A DNA stretch of 64,000 nucleotides from Salpingoeca rosetta (Eukaryota > Protista > Choanoflagellata): assembly GCA_033442325.1 (NCBI GenBank), contig JAWQFM010000004.1, positions 1,622,316 to 1,686,315 on the forward strand. The letters are read 5' to 3'. Within the stretch, counting starts at the first letter, position 1. Every line of letters starts with the position of its first letter. The notes under the pieces were generated by a model, which made no database searches, was not told the origin of the DNA, and saw nothing but the letters and a program-made list of their open reading frames with translations. Made by a program: the position numbers and the translations under genes. Of this stretch, positions 21,056 to 42,837 are shown one piece after another.

Positions 21056-24000
21056 CTGCCTCCCCTCACCTGTCTCACCTTTCTCATTCTTTTCACATCC
21101 TGTTTTACCCCTCTCCCCCCTCCCAACTCCCCACCATGTAGGCACCCTTTGCACTCAGTTTGTGGCGACTGATCGACCGCCTCACACCCGACAGCAAGAA
21201 GAAGAAGAAGAAGAAGAAGAAGGCACAAACACAGGCATCGGAGCAGAACGATGGCAGCGCCGACGACAGCGATGGCGCCGCGCATGCCAAGCGTAAGCCA
21301 GATGATGAGAAGGCGGAGAAGCGCCGCAAGGCGTTCCCTGCGTTGGCCATCCCCGACAAGAAGGCGCCAGACCTCAACGACCCAGAGGCAGAAGCCAAGG
21401 ATAAGCAAATCGCGCTGGAAGCCCTGGACCGCCTGGAGTCGTTCCTCTCTTCCTCCAAGACGGCCGGCGCTGATCACGATGCGCCGCCACCAGAGGACGT
21501 GGACGCGGTGCACCCAGAACGCCGCCACCTCACCCAGACACGCGACGCACCCCGCGATCGCAGCCGTGATCGTGGCCGTGATCGTGGCAGTCGTCGCTCG
21601 CGTTCGCGCTCGCGTTCCCCTGGTGGTCGCGGCCGCCATCGCCGCAGCCGTCGGTCCCGTACGCGCTCCCGCTCCCGCACACGCTCGCCCGACCGGGACG
21701 ATCTCGGTCGCCGCCGCCGCCCGCGCCGCAGGCGATGGGACGACTATGACGACGACACCAGAGACACTGACCGCGACCACCGCGATCGCCGGCACCGCAG
21801 GAGCAGGAGCAGGAGCAGGGACCGTGGCCGCCACCACGACCGCGACCACCGTGACCGCCGCGCAGGCGGTGATGAGGACCCGGAGCCCGTGCAGGGGAAG
21901 GTGTACGAGGGCAAGGTGACGGGCATCATGCAGTACGGGTGTTTTGTGTCGCTGCTCGGCGTGCGCGGCAGGCCAGACGGCATGGTGCACGTGAGCAACA
22001 TGAGCCCGACCGGCGCGCACGTGGCAGACCCCAACGACGTGGTGAAGCGCGGGCAGACGGTGTATGTCAAGGTGCAGTCCCGCATCAACAACAAGATCAG
22101 CCTGACGATGAAGGACATTGACCAGTCCACCGGCGAGGACGTTGCCGCCGCTCGCCGAGCACCGCTGCTCCCACAGCCGGGCGGCGCAGCATCAGCATCG
22201 GCATCAGCGCCAGGACCGCAAGCACCACCGGGTGCCGGTGTTGGCGGGGCGATGAACCCGCCCGTTGGTGGGCAGAACCCGGACAAGCCGCGCGGCCACG
22301 AGGTGTTTATTCCCGAGGAGACGGGCCCCGCGCGCGCTAAGAAGCGGCTGACGTCGCCGGAGAAGTGGGAGCTGAAGCAGCTGATTGCGGCGGGTGTGAT
22401 TGACCCGACGGAACACCCTGACTACGACGAGGAGACGGGCCTGCTGCCCCAGGACGACGGCGGTGACGAGGAGCTGGAGATTGAGCTGGTGGAGGAGGAG
22501 CCCGCCTTCCTCTCCGGGCAGACGCGCAACGTCGACCTGTCCCCCGTGCGCATTGTGAAGAACCCTGACGGCTCGCTGCAGCGCGCGGCCCTGACGCAAG
22601 CCGAGCTGGTGCGCGAGCGCCGCGAGCTGCGCAATGCCAAGCGCGAGGCGGAGGAGCAGGCGGACGACCGCGTCATGGACCAGGACTGGCACGACCCGAT
22701 GAAGGCCGGCAACCGCGTGGAGGCGTCGCGCGGGCGGCTGGAGCACCGCGACATGCCCGAGTGGAAGCGGGCAACCATTGGCGGCAAGGCGGTGTCGTTT
22801 GGCAAGAAGACGGACAAGTCGATGGAGGAGCAACGCAGGTCGCTGCCCATCTTCCAGCTCAAGAGCGAGCTCATGCAGGCCGTGCACGACCACCAGGTGC
22901 TGATTGTGATTGGCGAGACGGGCTCTGGCAAGACCACGCAGATGACGCAGTACATCTACGAGATGGGGTACGGCAAGAAGGGCCGCATCGGGTGCACGCA
23001 GCCGCGCCGCGTGGCCGCCATGTCCGTTGCCAAGCGCGTGAGCGAGGAGTTTGGCTGCCGCCTGGGCGCGGAGGTGGGCTACACCATCCGTTTTGAGGAC
23101 TGCACCAGCCCGGAGACGCGCATCAAGTACATGACGGACGGCATGCTGCTGCGCGAGTGCCTGATTGACTCTGCGATGAGCGCGTACTCCGTCATCATCC
23201 TGGACGAGGCGCACGAGCGCACCATCCACACGGACGTGCTGTTTGGCCTGCTGAAGAAGGCGGTGCTGGAACGGCCCAACGACCTCAAGCTCATTGTCAC
23301 CTCCGCCACGCTCGACTCTGAGAAGTTTTCCGAGTACTTTTTCGAAGCGCCCATCTTCACCATCCCCGGGCGCACGTTCCCCGTGACGACGCTGTACACC
23401 AAGGACCCGGAGACGGACTACCTCGACGCCGCGCTCATCACCATCATGCAGATCCACCTGACGGAGCCCCCGGGCGACATTCTGCTGTTCCTCACGGGCC
23501 AGGAGGAGATTGACACGGCGTGCGAGATTCTGTACGAGCGCATGAAGGCGCTTGGCAAGGACATGCCCGAGCTGCTGATCCTGCCCGTGTACTCTGCGCT
23601 GCCGAGCGAGATGCAGACGCGCATCTTCGAGCCGGCGCCGCCGGGCGGCCGTAAGGTCGTCATTGCCACCAACATTGCGGAGACGTCGCTCACCATCGAC
23701 GGCATCTACTACGTGGTGGACCCCGGGTTTGTGAAGCAGAAGGTGTACAACTCCAAGACGGGCATGGACTCGCTGGTGGTGACGCCCATCTCGCAGCAGC
23801 AGGCGAACCAGCGGTCTGGGCGCGCCGGGCGTACGGGTCCCGGAAAGTGCTACCGGCTGTACACGGAGCGCGCGTACCGCGAAGAGATGCTGGAGACGGC
23901 GGTGCCCGAGATTCAGCGCACCAACCTGGCCAACACGGTGCTGTCGCTCAAGGCGATGGGCATCAACGACCTTCTGTCGTTTGACTTCATGGACGCGCCG

Positions 24001-24828
24001 CCCACGGAGACGCTCATCCTGGCCCTGGACAACCTGCACTCGCTCGGGGCGCTGGACGACGAGGGCCTGCTGACGCGGTTGGGCCGGCGCATGGCCGAGT
24101 TCCCGCTGGAGCCGCAGCTGTCGAAGATGCTCATCCAGTCCACGCACCTGGGCTGCAGCGACGAGATTCTGACCATTGTGTCGATGCTGTCCGTGCAGGG
24201 CGTGTTCTACCGCCCGAAGGAGAAGGCTGCGCTGGCCGACCAGCGCAAGGCCAAGTTTCACCAGATGGAGGGCGACCACCTCACGCTGCTGCAGGTGTAC
24301 CGCTCGTGGGAGAACAACAAGTGCTCCAACCCGTGGTGCTACGAGAACTTCATCCACGCGCGGTCGCTGCGTCGCGCGCAGGACGTGCGCAAGCAGATGA
24401 TTGGCATCATGGACCGGCACAAGCTGGACATTGTGTCCTGCGGGCGCAACTTCAAGCGCGTGCAGATGGCCATCACGTCCGGCTTCTTCCGCAACGCCGC
24501 CAAGAAGGACCCGACGGAGGGCTACAAGACGCTTGTTGACCAGCAGCAGGTGTACATCCACCCGAGCAGCTCGCTGTGGAACCGGCAACCGGAGTGGCTG
24601 GTGTACCACGAGGTTGCGGTCACCACCAAGGAGTACATGCGCACCGTGACGACCATCGACCCCAAGTGGCTGGTGGAGTTTGCGCCCGCCTTCTTCAAGG
24701 TTGCCGATCCCACGCGCATGAGCAAGCGCAAGGCCAACGAGCGCATTGAGCCGCTGTACAACAAGTACGAGGAGCCCGACGCCTGGCGCATCTCCAGGAC
24801 CCGCAGGCGCGCAAAGAAGCGCGTCTAG
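20517..24828 (+). CDS. DHX8: Pre-mRNA splicing DEAH helicase Prp22/DHX8 (exons 20517-20610, 20831-20916, 21142-24828)
   Basis: N-terminal [16 protein letters not shown]-rich region, S1 domain ([15 protein letters not shown]), [37 protein letters not shown]-terminal [17 protein letters not shown]. Confidence 0.97.
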
Positions 24829-25243
24829 TGTGTTTACGTGTTTGTGTGTGTGTGTTTGCATGTGTGTGTCATGTGTGTGTCATGTGTGTGTGTGTGTGTG
24901 CATGTGTGTGTGTGTGTGTGTGCATGCGTGTGTGTGTGTGTGTGTGTTGGTTTGTTTTGTGTGGCAGTTTTCGCACTCATCCGCGGTCAAAAAAAGCGAG
25001 TTTGGTTGCCTTGTCTTGTCTTGTCTTGCTTGTGGCATGATTCTATCGATGTTTCATTTGTTAGCGGGGTTCTCAGCGGTAGCCCACATACAACAGCACC
25101 AGGTTCACGTTGACAAACAAAAACAGAGAAGACGGGGCTAGGGAAAAAGAGACGCGTCGTTGGACGCAGGGGAGTATGACGCAAAGAAATATGGCGCGAG
25201 CACATGTGACAAGGGCATGCATGGCACACGCATGTACGCATGT

Positions 25244-25298
<55 letters not shown>

Positions 25299-25338
25299 TA
25301 CACACACACACACACATGTACTTGCACAGCATATGTCA

Positions 25339-29160
<3,822 letters not shown>

Positions 29161-29472
29161 GATGGTGGTGCTGCTGTGTGTTGGTGTGGTGGGGTGCCTC
29201 GTCCACTGTCTCTGTTCGTCTGTTCACCTTCTGGCTTCGTGTGTGTGGATGTGTGCGATTCTCGTTTTTTGGCGCCCAGCAAAAAAAAAAAAAAAGAATT
29301 CTGTGGATTTGCAAATTGCATCGAAGCTGTTGACAATTTGCAACACAGCACTTTGTGATGTCGCCTCCACCTTATCGTTTCGCATGGCGATGACGTCATG
29401 TGGGGCATGCAAAGTGTGCAAATCGTGCGGCATTGCATCAAGATTGTCCTGAATCGGTATGGGTTGGGACAA

Positions 29473-29491
29473 ATTGGCGCGCGTTTCGCGG
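29473..29491. promoter_or_regulatory. Overlapping CCAAT and E2F/SCB-like elements ~310 bp upstream of RBBP4
   Basis: ATTGGCGCGC and TTTCGCGG, each one mismatch from the E2F consensus TTTSSCGC. Confidence 0.35.
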
Positions 29492-31145
29492 TCGCGTAGG
29501 CGAATGTAGGCCCAACGCTGGCTTTTGGGAAAGTTGCAGTTGCAAAGAAAGGAGAAGGCACGAGCAACAACCAAACAAAACAACGCAACAACACACAAAA
29601 CAAAACAAACACAAAAAAGCCACAGCCGTGAAAGCCACACACAAACAAAACAAACGAACACGCACCGCGACGCCACCCACCCACACAAAGTCAAGTGTAA
29701 TCATTCCAAAACCTTCTCGCATCATCGCTCATCACACCCCACCAAGAAGAAAGCAAAGCACAGCAACAAAAAGGCTGGCACAGCAGCGCGCTCACCCACA
29801 CGACAACCAAACCTAACACGCGGCACCCCAGTCACAATCACATCACAAGGCGCGGCGCACGAAAAACACACCACTTTGCACGCGTCTGTGGTTGTTCTGA
29901 CTGCGGCGTCTCGTTTTCACCCGTGTCAGCGCGGCAGCAGCAAGACACAAGCAAGCGACAACCACACCCACACACACACACACCGCGCAGAAGCCGCCCC
30001 ATACACACATCGCGGCAGCGAACGTTTGACACCACCGGAGATCAGCGTTTCAAACACCTGTTGACGCAAGCCAACGAAGCAACACGCAACAACAACAAGG
30101 TGAGCCACTCTCACCGCCCTTGCTTGCGCTATTCATCATTGGCACGCCGCCCCAGTGATATCAAACCCCACCACTAGCCACACCCGTGTTTCGCTTGGGA
30201 TTGGTTTGTTGTGAACACATCATCACAATCACGCGCTTCCCCAACCTGACGTTGAGCACTTGACTCACGTCATTTGCTTTTGATACACCAACCCGCCCAT
30301 TCCAACGTCATTCCCCCCCCCCCTCGTTCTTGTCGTGTGCTTGCTCTCCGCTCGGCGATCGCGTCTTCCTTCCCTTTCTCCTGTCTGCGCACCCTCTCTC
30401 TTCAGTGCCTGCAGGCAATCGACGATCGGGTGTTTCTCAAGCCTCCTTCACAGGTTGGTGACATCAGCATCACCGATCTATCGGCATTTCCTCGCGTGCT
30501 TCCACGAACCTACTTCACTTCCTCCCTCCTGAGGTGCGTGTAGCCAGGTGGCGTGGTGAAGTTCTGGCCATTGTGGCTTGCTGCTTGGTGGTGGCGTGCC
30601 TGCTGTGAACAGCACTTGCGCGTGCATTTCGTCGTGGCGCACATGCCACCCGAGCGCCGTCTCGCGTCATCGAAGCCAACCACCACCACGCCCATGCAAT
30701 TGAGGTTGTGGACGAGACGCGCCAACGTCACGCACGTATCACATCTCATCACGCGCCTCCAACCGCTCCTCCCACCACCTCATTATCGCCTCACTTTGCG
30801 TCTGCTGCTGTTGTTGTTGCGGTACATCATCCTCCTGCCCCTTGAATGTGTTTTACGGCGTGTTTGCGTCCGTGTTCGTGCGTGAGCCAGGTATCAAAAC
30901 CATTTTCCACCTCGCTCCCAGCCTCGCCATTGCTCGACCCCTCGATTACCACCACATTGCGCAGAGCAACACCACATTGCGCAGAGCAGAGCAACACCAC
31001 ATATCGACTCGACCACCTCAACACCTCAACGCCTTCCACACCCCAAGACTTCCACACCTCCCACACCTCCCATACCGCGAACAGCAACAGTCCACCGCAT
31101 CAGCACACGCCTGTCCCGTTGCCCCCATCTTCGTTTTGAGGTGCA

Positions 31146-34392
<3,247 letters not shown>

Positions 34393-35155
34393 GCTGCTGT
34401 GGCCGTGATGGTCGTGGTGCACATGTCACGACGCCGCCACCAACAGTACTACAGTACTGTGTCCTCAACTCCTCCTTCAGTCCTTCCACCTCCCTCTTCC
34501 TCCTTGGCTGCGCGCTTGTTATCTTTGCTGTGTAAAATCGACCTGTACTTTTTTTTTTTTTCGTATCTTGACCTACCTGCGTTGCTTCTGCCGTTGTGCA
34601 CGCGTTTCTGTGCGTGCGTACATGCATATGTGTGCATGTGCATTTGCATGTGTATGCGCACGTCCCCACCGCGGGACATTCGCCAAATGGTTCTCCTCCA
34701 ATTTCCTTTGCTCGCTTGCTCTCTCTCTTTTTGTTCTTCACTTACCCGTCTGTGGCGGACAGGTGTCTGCGTGCTTGCATGCATGCAACGCCTGTGTTGT
34801 AAAGAGAGCGAGTGTTGGAGCCAAGACAACTTAGTGCCACGACTGACAAGGAAGGTGCAGTTTGTTCTCAGTGTAGACGTGTGGGCAATGCTGCTGTTTT
34901 GTTTCTGCCCATCGCATCGTGGTAGACTGAAAATAAACGCCTTCGCTGTCGCAATCGTTTCAATGCAGCTGACCTACAGGGAGAAGGGAGGAAGAGAGGA
35001 GGGGGGGGGGGTGGCAAGAAAGAACAAGGAAAGAAATACAGCACGCAGACAATGGTATGCAGCAGGACTGCTTTTGTTTTGCAGCTGGACTGCTTTTGTT
35101 TTGCAGATGCACACACATGTCCGCACACACACACGTGCAGAAGAAGGGTAAGTTG

Positions 35156-35906
35156 TTATCGCTTGACTAGGAAGGCGCGTACGGCCATGAGGAAGGTATC
35201 AAAGTTCTTTGTGAATATTGTACGGTTCTTGCGGGTATTCTTGCACTGGAGCCCGTTGTCGTGCACGAGCGCATACAGCGCCGACGACAAGCGCTCTTTG
35301 GACTCGGCAGGCTGCAGTGTAGAGCAGTGCGGCAGAGAGATTGTGAGTCAGTGACAGCATTGTATGGACGTGTATGAATGAAGGTGTGTGTGTGTGTGTA
35401 TGTACTCGCGTTTATGTGTATGTGTGTGTGTTTATGTGTATGTGTGTGTGTTTATGTGTGTGTGTGTGTGTTAGCGAAGGAGGGGAAATGACACCCTCGT
35501 GTTTGCAGCGTTGTCAAGCATGAGCTGGTATGTGAGTTCACCTGCGCTGCGATCAGCTCCGTGCACATGGCCTCAAATTGTTGCTGCACAGCAAACACGT
35601 ACAGTACACATGGGTGAGCACAGTCGAGTTCGTAGCAACCTAACATCCACACACACGCGTGCATTCACGACAAGGGACACGTGGTCCACAAGTTGTGCTC
35701 TGCACGGCACAGCACAGCACGGCGCTGCATGCCCCACCATATCACAGCAGATGAGGAAGAAGAGGGTGCCGGACGCCAGGTCCAGTAGATCCATGTCAAA
35801 GGACTGCAGCACGAACCAATCAAACACGAACCGCTGGAAATGCTTCACCACATCCACAAACGCCGGGTTCACAGAGTGCCCGCGCTCCAGCTTGAAGGGA
35901 GAACAG

Positions 35907-35950
<44 letters not shown>

Positions 35951-36245
35951 GTAAGTATGTATGTGTGCGTGTCTTGTGTAGAGCAGTGTCACTCAATGGC
36001 ACATTTATCGTCACACACACACACACACATACACACACACACACACACATACACGCACACACACGCCCACGGGGTGTCGTACGAATTTGAGGTGGACGCT
36101 GGCGAGGTTTTGGAGGATGGCGAGGGAGCAGCGTGCCACGTTCCCACTGAGCGCCTGAACGCCGATGGTCAGCGACTGCACAAACTGCTGCAGCAGCTCA
36201 GCAGACCCGTGATACACCTGCAGGGATGGATGCGTGGATGGATGG

Positions 36246-36281
<36 letters not shown>

Positions 36282-36557
36282 ATGGATGGATGGTGTGAGC
36301 GGTTGGCAGTGCGGTGCTAGCAAAGGTGATCGAAAGTGCACAACAGGCGGCTGATTACAGTCACGATGCACGATGAACGATGAGCGCATGCACCTTCTCG
36401 GGAAATCCTTCGCAGGCCATGTCCAGGAGGGCGTAATATGTCTTGGCAATCAGCGGCTCCTGTGGTGATGTGAAGTTGCGGGAACAGTGCGTCAGCGGCA
36501 TGGGTGTGGTAGCAGGGGGTTATGGCCATGGAAAGAGCAGGAAGGAACGCGGACCTT

Positions 36558-36624
<67 letters not shown>

Positions 36625-36672
36625 CACACACACGCGCGCGCACACAACACACACACACACACACACACACAC

Positions 36673-36708
<36 letters not shown>

Positions 36709-37481
36709 GTCGCGCGCGCACACACACACACCAAAATGACCCTGACCTGGAGCATCTCTGTTGTGAGGAGCGGGACGACGAGGTTGATGCCGAGCAGCGC
36801 GACGTCGCCGGCCTCCGTCTCACCGGGACCCGTCTCGTGCAGGTCAAAGTTCTCAAAGTACTCTGCACCGTGGCCAGCGCGATGATGATGTTGGTGTCGA
36901 TGATGGGAGGACAAGGTGGCATTATGAGATGCAGTGTGACAGCGAAATCAAATTCATTCGAAAAGGACGATCTTGGAAAAACACGTGGAGTTCACACGTA
37001 TGCATGTCAGCGCAAACACACACACGCACGCGTGCACGATGATTGCCTTGCATGGCACACCTGTGCTTGCAAGCTCGTGCAGGACTTGGAGGACGAGCAG
37101 CACTTCGTCGTGTTCTTCATCCTCCTGCAGCGACGAAGACACCTGCGGAACAGTTGCGCGTGTGCGTGTATGTGTGAACTGATGATGTGGAGTTGTTTCA
37201 AACGCAGCTCATTGCAACACGGATACATGCACGCTCGCGACAAACCATGCATTGTTCCATCAAGGCCTCAGTTGTCACCACCACCTTGACCACCACCACC
37301 ACCACATTGCTGTCACCATCCCATCACCTTTGTTTGGTTGGCGCCGGCCCACTCCTGTAGAAAGCGCTGCATGCATGTGTACGTGAAGGCGAGCGCGGCG
37401 TTGTGCTCTCCGCTGCTCAGCGCAGGCGATATCCAATACGACGTCACGTCCTTGAATAACTGCACCACGTGCACCCGCATC

Positions 37482-37570
<89 letters not shown>

Positions 37571-38817
37571 GAGGGAGAGAGAGTGTGTGTGTGTGCATGT
37601 GTACGTGAACACAACAACCAACACAGCACACGCGCGTACCACCGTCTACAGACACGTGCATGGTGTGTGCATATTCACCTTCTGGAAGAGGACTGCGAGC
37701 ATGTGAGCACCGCCCTCGCCCTTGAAGGCGGCGACGAGCGATGCGCTGAGCGGCTGCGAGTAGGACGATTCGTCCAGCAGCAAATATGTGTTGGCCACCC
37801 GCTGGAAGAAGAACATCGTCGACGCAGCAACCTGTCGAGTGGTAGCAACGGCAAGGAATGATAGTCACTGCATGGGTTTTTTTTTTTAAGTCGGAAAGGG
37901 AGTGACGAGCGAAGTACTGCTGCATACGCACACCCGCGCCACTGTCCCTTCTAACCCCACCAATACCGCCACCAATACCGCCACCACCACTGCCGACCTG
38001 CGGGCTGAGGTTGGCGACGGCGCCGGAGTCGAAGCAGCGGTGCTCGTGCTGCATCAGCTCAAACACGTGCCGCACGATAGAAACGGCAGGGTTGGATACG
38101 CCTGATGTACATGCAGAGGGTGAGGCTGACGGCGTGTGTATGAGAAGCAGATTGCGGACATCTGATAGAAGGAAATGTGCACAATGCAACCAAGGACGAA
38201 CCACAAGAGAAACGTTGGCAAACATTGCACCGCGAGCCAAACACGGCTGTCACCACACCGCAACCCAAACCACCCCAACAAAGCGCCACAACCACGTGTA
38301 ACTGCGTACCGGACTGTTCGCACTGCAGGGCGAGGGCGGTGATCTGCTGTGGGATGAGCGGCACTTCGCCCTCGTGCGGATCAGCCAGGACCGCAGCGGA
38401 TATCAGCAGCAGCCAGTGCACCTCCTCATGCGCAACGCACACCGCAGCTGACGTAATTTGAAGAGGGGGAGGGGGGATTGACGTGTGGAATGTCGTGGTG
38501 TGTGCGATGTGAATCGATGTGATGCATCATGACATGAACGTGTGTGTGTGTGTGTGTCATTTGCTGAAGCCTGCAAACAAGAGCCGCGCTTGCAAGCAGT
38601 TGCACTACCAGTACAAGGACAGCGCCACACCTTGGTCCTGGTCCGTTGTCGTCAGCATGGACATGTATGCCGGCACCTTGGTGCTGAGCTGCAGCATCGC
38701 GAATACATGTGTTGGTGGTGATTTCCGTGGATGGAGTGGTAACAGATGGAGCAAAGGTCGAGGGAAACGACACGGAACACCGCCATACACACACACACAC
38801 ACACACACACACGCACG

Positions 38818-38858
<41 letters not shown>

Positions 38859-39598
38859 CACGATCATACCATCTGCAGCAGGGTGCCGAGAGACTGGTCA
38901 GGGAGGACGCGTGCGAGCGTGGCGACACCACAGAGTTGGTCGTGATACAGCACGTCGTCGGCCTCCGTCTCCTCCTCCACCTCCTCGTCAGCCAGCGCAT
39001 CACGCTGCGCCTTCTGCATGCGACTGTCGACATACTGCTGAAACACCTGCTGCAAGTACGGCTGCCACGACGCCTGAACCTGGGACTGGATTGTTGTTTG
39101 CAGGTACAAGTTCGCATGTGCGTATGTGTATGCCATGTGTGAGGGTGTCTCAGCATGTAAACATCACAGACAAACTCGCGCCCCTCATCCACAAGCGAAC
39201 AACAGCGCCACCGCTACCATCCACCCCTCTCCCCCACCTCGTCCTCGGCGATTGCGAGCCACCCGTTGAGACAGGCGTCAAAGGCCTCTGCGTAGCACGG
39301 GTCGTCATCCTCCTCCATCGTCATGCAGTGCAGCGACAGCGCCGTCAGCGCCGTAAACGTGTTCAGCACGCTTTTCTGCTCGCCCTCGTCCAGACCGCTG
39401 AGCGACGTCGCCCTGAATGTGCGCATGACGGAGGACAGCATGCTCGCCTGCGCCAACGTTGTCGACCCTGCAGCAGTGGTGGTGTTGGAGGTGGTGTTGG
39501 TGTAATTGAGATGAGGGGGCTACTTGATGGTGGTTGGGAAGCCTGAAGCAGGAAAGCAACGCAGAATTTTACACACACAAACACACACACACACACAC

Positions 39599-39694
<96 letters not shown>

Positions 39695-39945
39695 GTGACT
39701 GCGGCCATGTTGTGCTGTGCGAGCTGTGTGAGGGACTGGGCAATACCGCCCAGGCCGCGGAGATACGCGCCGAGATATTCCAGCTGCTGCACGACGTCGT
39801 TGAAGGATGTGGTGGCAACGCAGCCCAGCTGTATCAGGCACTGCTGCGTTGGGTGGAGCAGGTCCGGCTCATCGCTCGTCAGCACGTGCAGCTGAACAGG
39901 CGATGGAGGGGATGGTAGAGGGGAACACGTGAGCCCTTATGCACA

Positions 39946-39978
<33 letters not shown>

Positions 39979-40567
39979 ACACACACACACATGACACACA
40001 CACACACACATCACCACCACTATTACACACCAAGCATCCAAACAAAGAGCACCTTGAAAAAGATGTCGCAGAGGTTTGGCACGAGGACGTCTGCCCACTG
40101 CGGTCCCGGTTTGAAGTAGGGGCTCGTCACGTGGTGGAACGACCCGAGCAGCCTGCACGCGCAGTGGTGGTGGTGGTGGTGGTGGTGGCGGTAAGATGTT
40201 GCGGCGTGGTGGTGGTTGTGGTGAATGGCAGTGATGATGGTGGCGTCCAACAGCAAGGGGTCAATGCAGCGATAGCAAATCATCCCGTGAAAACGCAGGC
40301 ACGCCACTCCTCCCGTCACAATCCCATCCACCACCACCGCCATCGCACCTCCTGACGCTGGCCGGACAGAACTGCCAGCGCAGGACGGCCTCTGCGACAC
40401 CCAGTGTCAGCTGGAGCACGTGGTAGTGGCTCGCGTACGACTGCTGCTCCGTAAACACCTGCAGTGAGCGAGGGCGGCGGCAGCGATGAGGAACAATGTG
40501 GCGCGCGCTTGCGCCAAGCGCTCGCTCTTCAAACACACACACATACACACACACACACATACACACA

Positions 40568-40662
<95 letters not shown>

Positions 40663-41365
40663 ACACACACACACACACCCGCAGGACGCGGACGGCGATG
40701 ACGAAGATGCGCTTGAGGGCGTCCTGCTCAAACGAGCGCTTGGCGGTCAGGTGGAACTCCCACGCGAGGCCGACGGCACTCGACTTGGACGACGACGAGA
40801 ACTCATGCAGCATTTGGCGGGAGAGCGACAGGCCAACACTTTGCTGGTAGGTGGAAGAGAGACAGAAGGAGAGGGAGAGAGCAAGTTTGGGGTGAGGTTG
40901 ACGTTGTTCAGCCGATTGTTATCGCAGCGAAGCATACATGGCCACACACAAACACACACACACACAAACACACTCACGCACACGCACACGCACACGCACG
41001 CACACACACACACACACACACGCACACACACACACACACACACACGCACGCACATGCACACAAACATACACACACGCAAACGCACACACACGCGCGCACA
41101 CGCACACACGCACCATGAACGAGTCATCTTGGAAGATGAGGCTCTCGGCTTGCTCGAAGAAGGTGTCTGCGACACCGGCATGCGTCCAGCTCAGCTTGAA
41201 GCAAATGGCCACACACGCCAAGCCCTGCGTCATGGCAAAGCTCGCCAGCCTGTCACACACGCACACACACACGCACATGGACAGCAAGGCAAAGGACGCA
41301 ACAGATGGAAGTTGCAGTGGCAAATGGGTGAGATCGTGCGATTGGGCACATCGTGTTACCTGCCT

Positions 41366-41415
<50 letters not shown>

Positions 41416-41879
41416 CACACACACATGCATGACGCACGGCCTGGCGCCAAACACTACAACTCCTCACCCTTGTCGCCGGGTGATGAAGGAAAGAACGTTG
41501 TCGCGGATGGATGCGATTGCATCAGACTCCAGCACGCTGAACTCGCGAATCACGCCCTCCTTGATGGCCTCGAATGTCTCGAAGATAACATAATCGTTGC
41601 TGGCGGCGTCTGGACGAAGTGACGGCACCATGGCAAAACGGGAAGTTAGGTGTGAGCGGTGCCGACATAAGAAGCGCTGGCAGCACGACCGACACAAGAA
41701 GCGCTGGCAGCACGGCAAACATGTGGCGTTGCTGTTCCCACCACAACCCACTCACCGAGGATCTGAAAACACAGCTCGTATGGCCGTTCCGTGCGCTTAA
41801 AGTCCAGAAACACTTGCTCAGCATGCTTGATGGTTTCTGCAGTTTGGGGCGTCACGCCCTATCATTGACGTGGGATACG

Positions 41880-41937
<58 letters not shown>

Positions 41938-41950
41938 TGTGTGTATGTGT

Positions 41951-41996
<46 letters not shown>

Positions 41997-42256
41997 GTCA
42001 GTGAGAGTGGATTGGCGCTTGTGAATGGATTGGGGCACATGCCGAGTGTATGTGCCGATCGCGCGCCATGCGTGTGTATTCATCACTCGTGCGCCGCTCA
42101 GACTCCATCAGCCACGCAACGCGCCTGCGCTTTTCGCTCGCACCAGTCGTTCTTCCCTTCTCCCCTGTTCCTTACCATCATGCAGTCCGCTGCCTGTGTG
42201 AGCATGCGCAACAGCTCGTCCACGTTGCGATGGCCACCGCTGCCACTGCCGCTCAT
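35156..42256 (-). CDS. XPO4: Exportin-4, more than 20 exons; an internal segment is absent from this sequence
   Basis: [109 protein letters not shown]-terminus [12 protein letters not shown]-stop. Confidence 0.9.
36223..36293. repeat. (GGAT)n microsatellite in an XPO4 intron
   Basis: Seen directly. Confidence 0.9.
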
Positions 42257-42405
42257 CTTCGTTGTTCTGTGCGCGGCTTTGACGTGCGTTGTAGAGGATT
42301 TGTTGAAATGGTCAACTGTTTTTCGGCAACGGTCGCAGCAAAGCGGAAGCTGCTGCGCACTCGTCTAACGACGTCCTCGACAAGCTACCTCCAGCCAGCG
42401 ACCTC

Positions 42406-42711
42406 NNNNNNNNNNNNNNNNNNNNNNNNNNNNNNNNNNNNNNNNNNNNNNNNNNNNNNNNNNNNNNNNNNNNNNNNNNNNNNNNNNNNNNNNNNNNNNN
42501 NNNNNNNNNNNNNNNNNNNNNNNNNNNNNNNNNNNNNNNNNNNNNNNNNNNNNNNNNNNNNNNNNNNNNNNNNNNNNNNNNNNNNNNNNNNNNNNNNNNN
42601 NNNNNNNNNNNNNNNNNNNNNNNNNNNNNNNNNNNNNNNNNNNNNNNNNNNNNNNNNNNNNNNNNNNNNNNNNNNNNNNNNNNNNNNNNNNNNNNNNNNN
42701 NNNNNNNNNNN
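42406..42711. other. Assembly gap (N run); probably hides the 5' exons of the GNAT gene
   Basis: 306 N. Confidence 0.99.
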
Positions 42712-42837
42712 TGTGTGTGTGTGTGTGTGTGTGTGTGTATCGCAGCTGCACCTGAGAACAGATCATCAGACCTTCAGTCAACTCAGCTCCATGCTGATGT
42801 GCAAGTGATTGTCCCTTTGTTCATCATACTACGACAG

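Noticed and set aside
22204-24861. 885-aa antisense ORF
   Set aside because: Shadow of strongly GC3-biased DHX8 codons; no recognisable motifs
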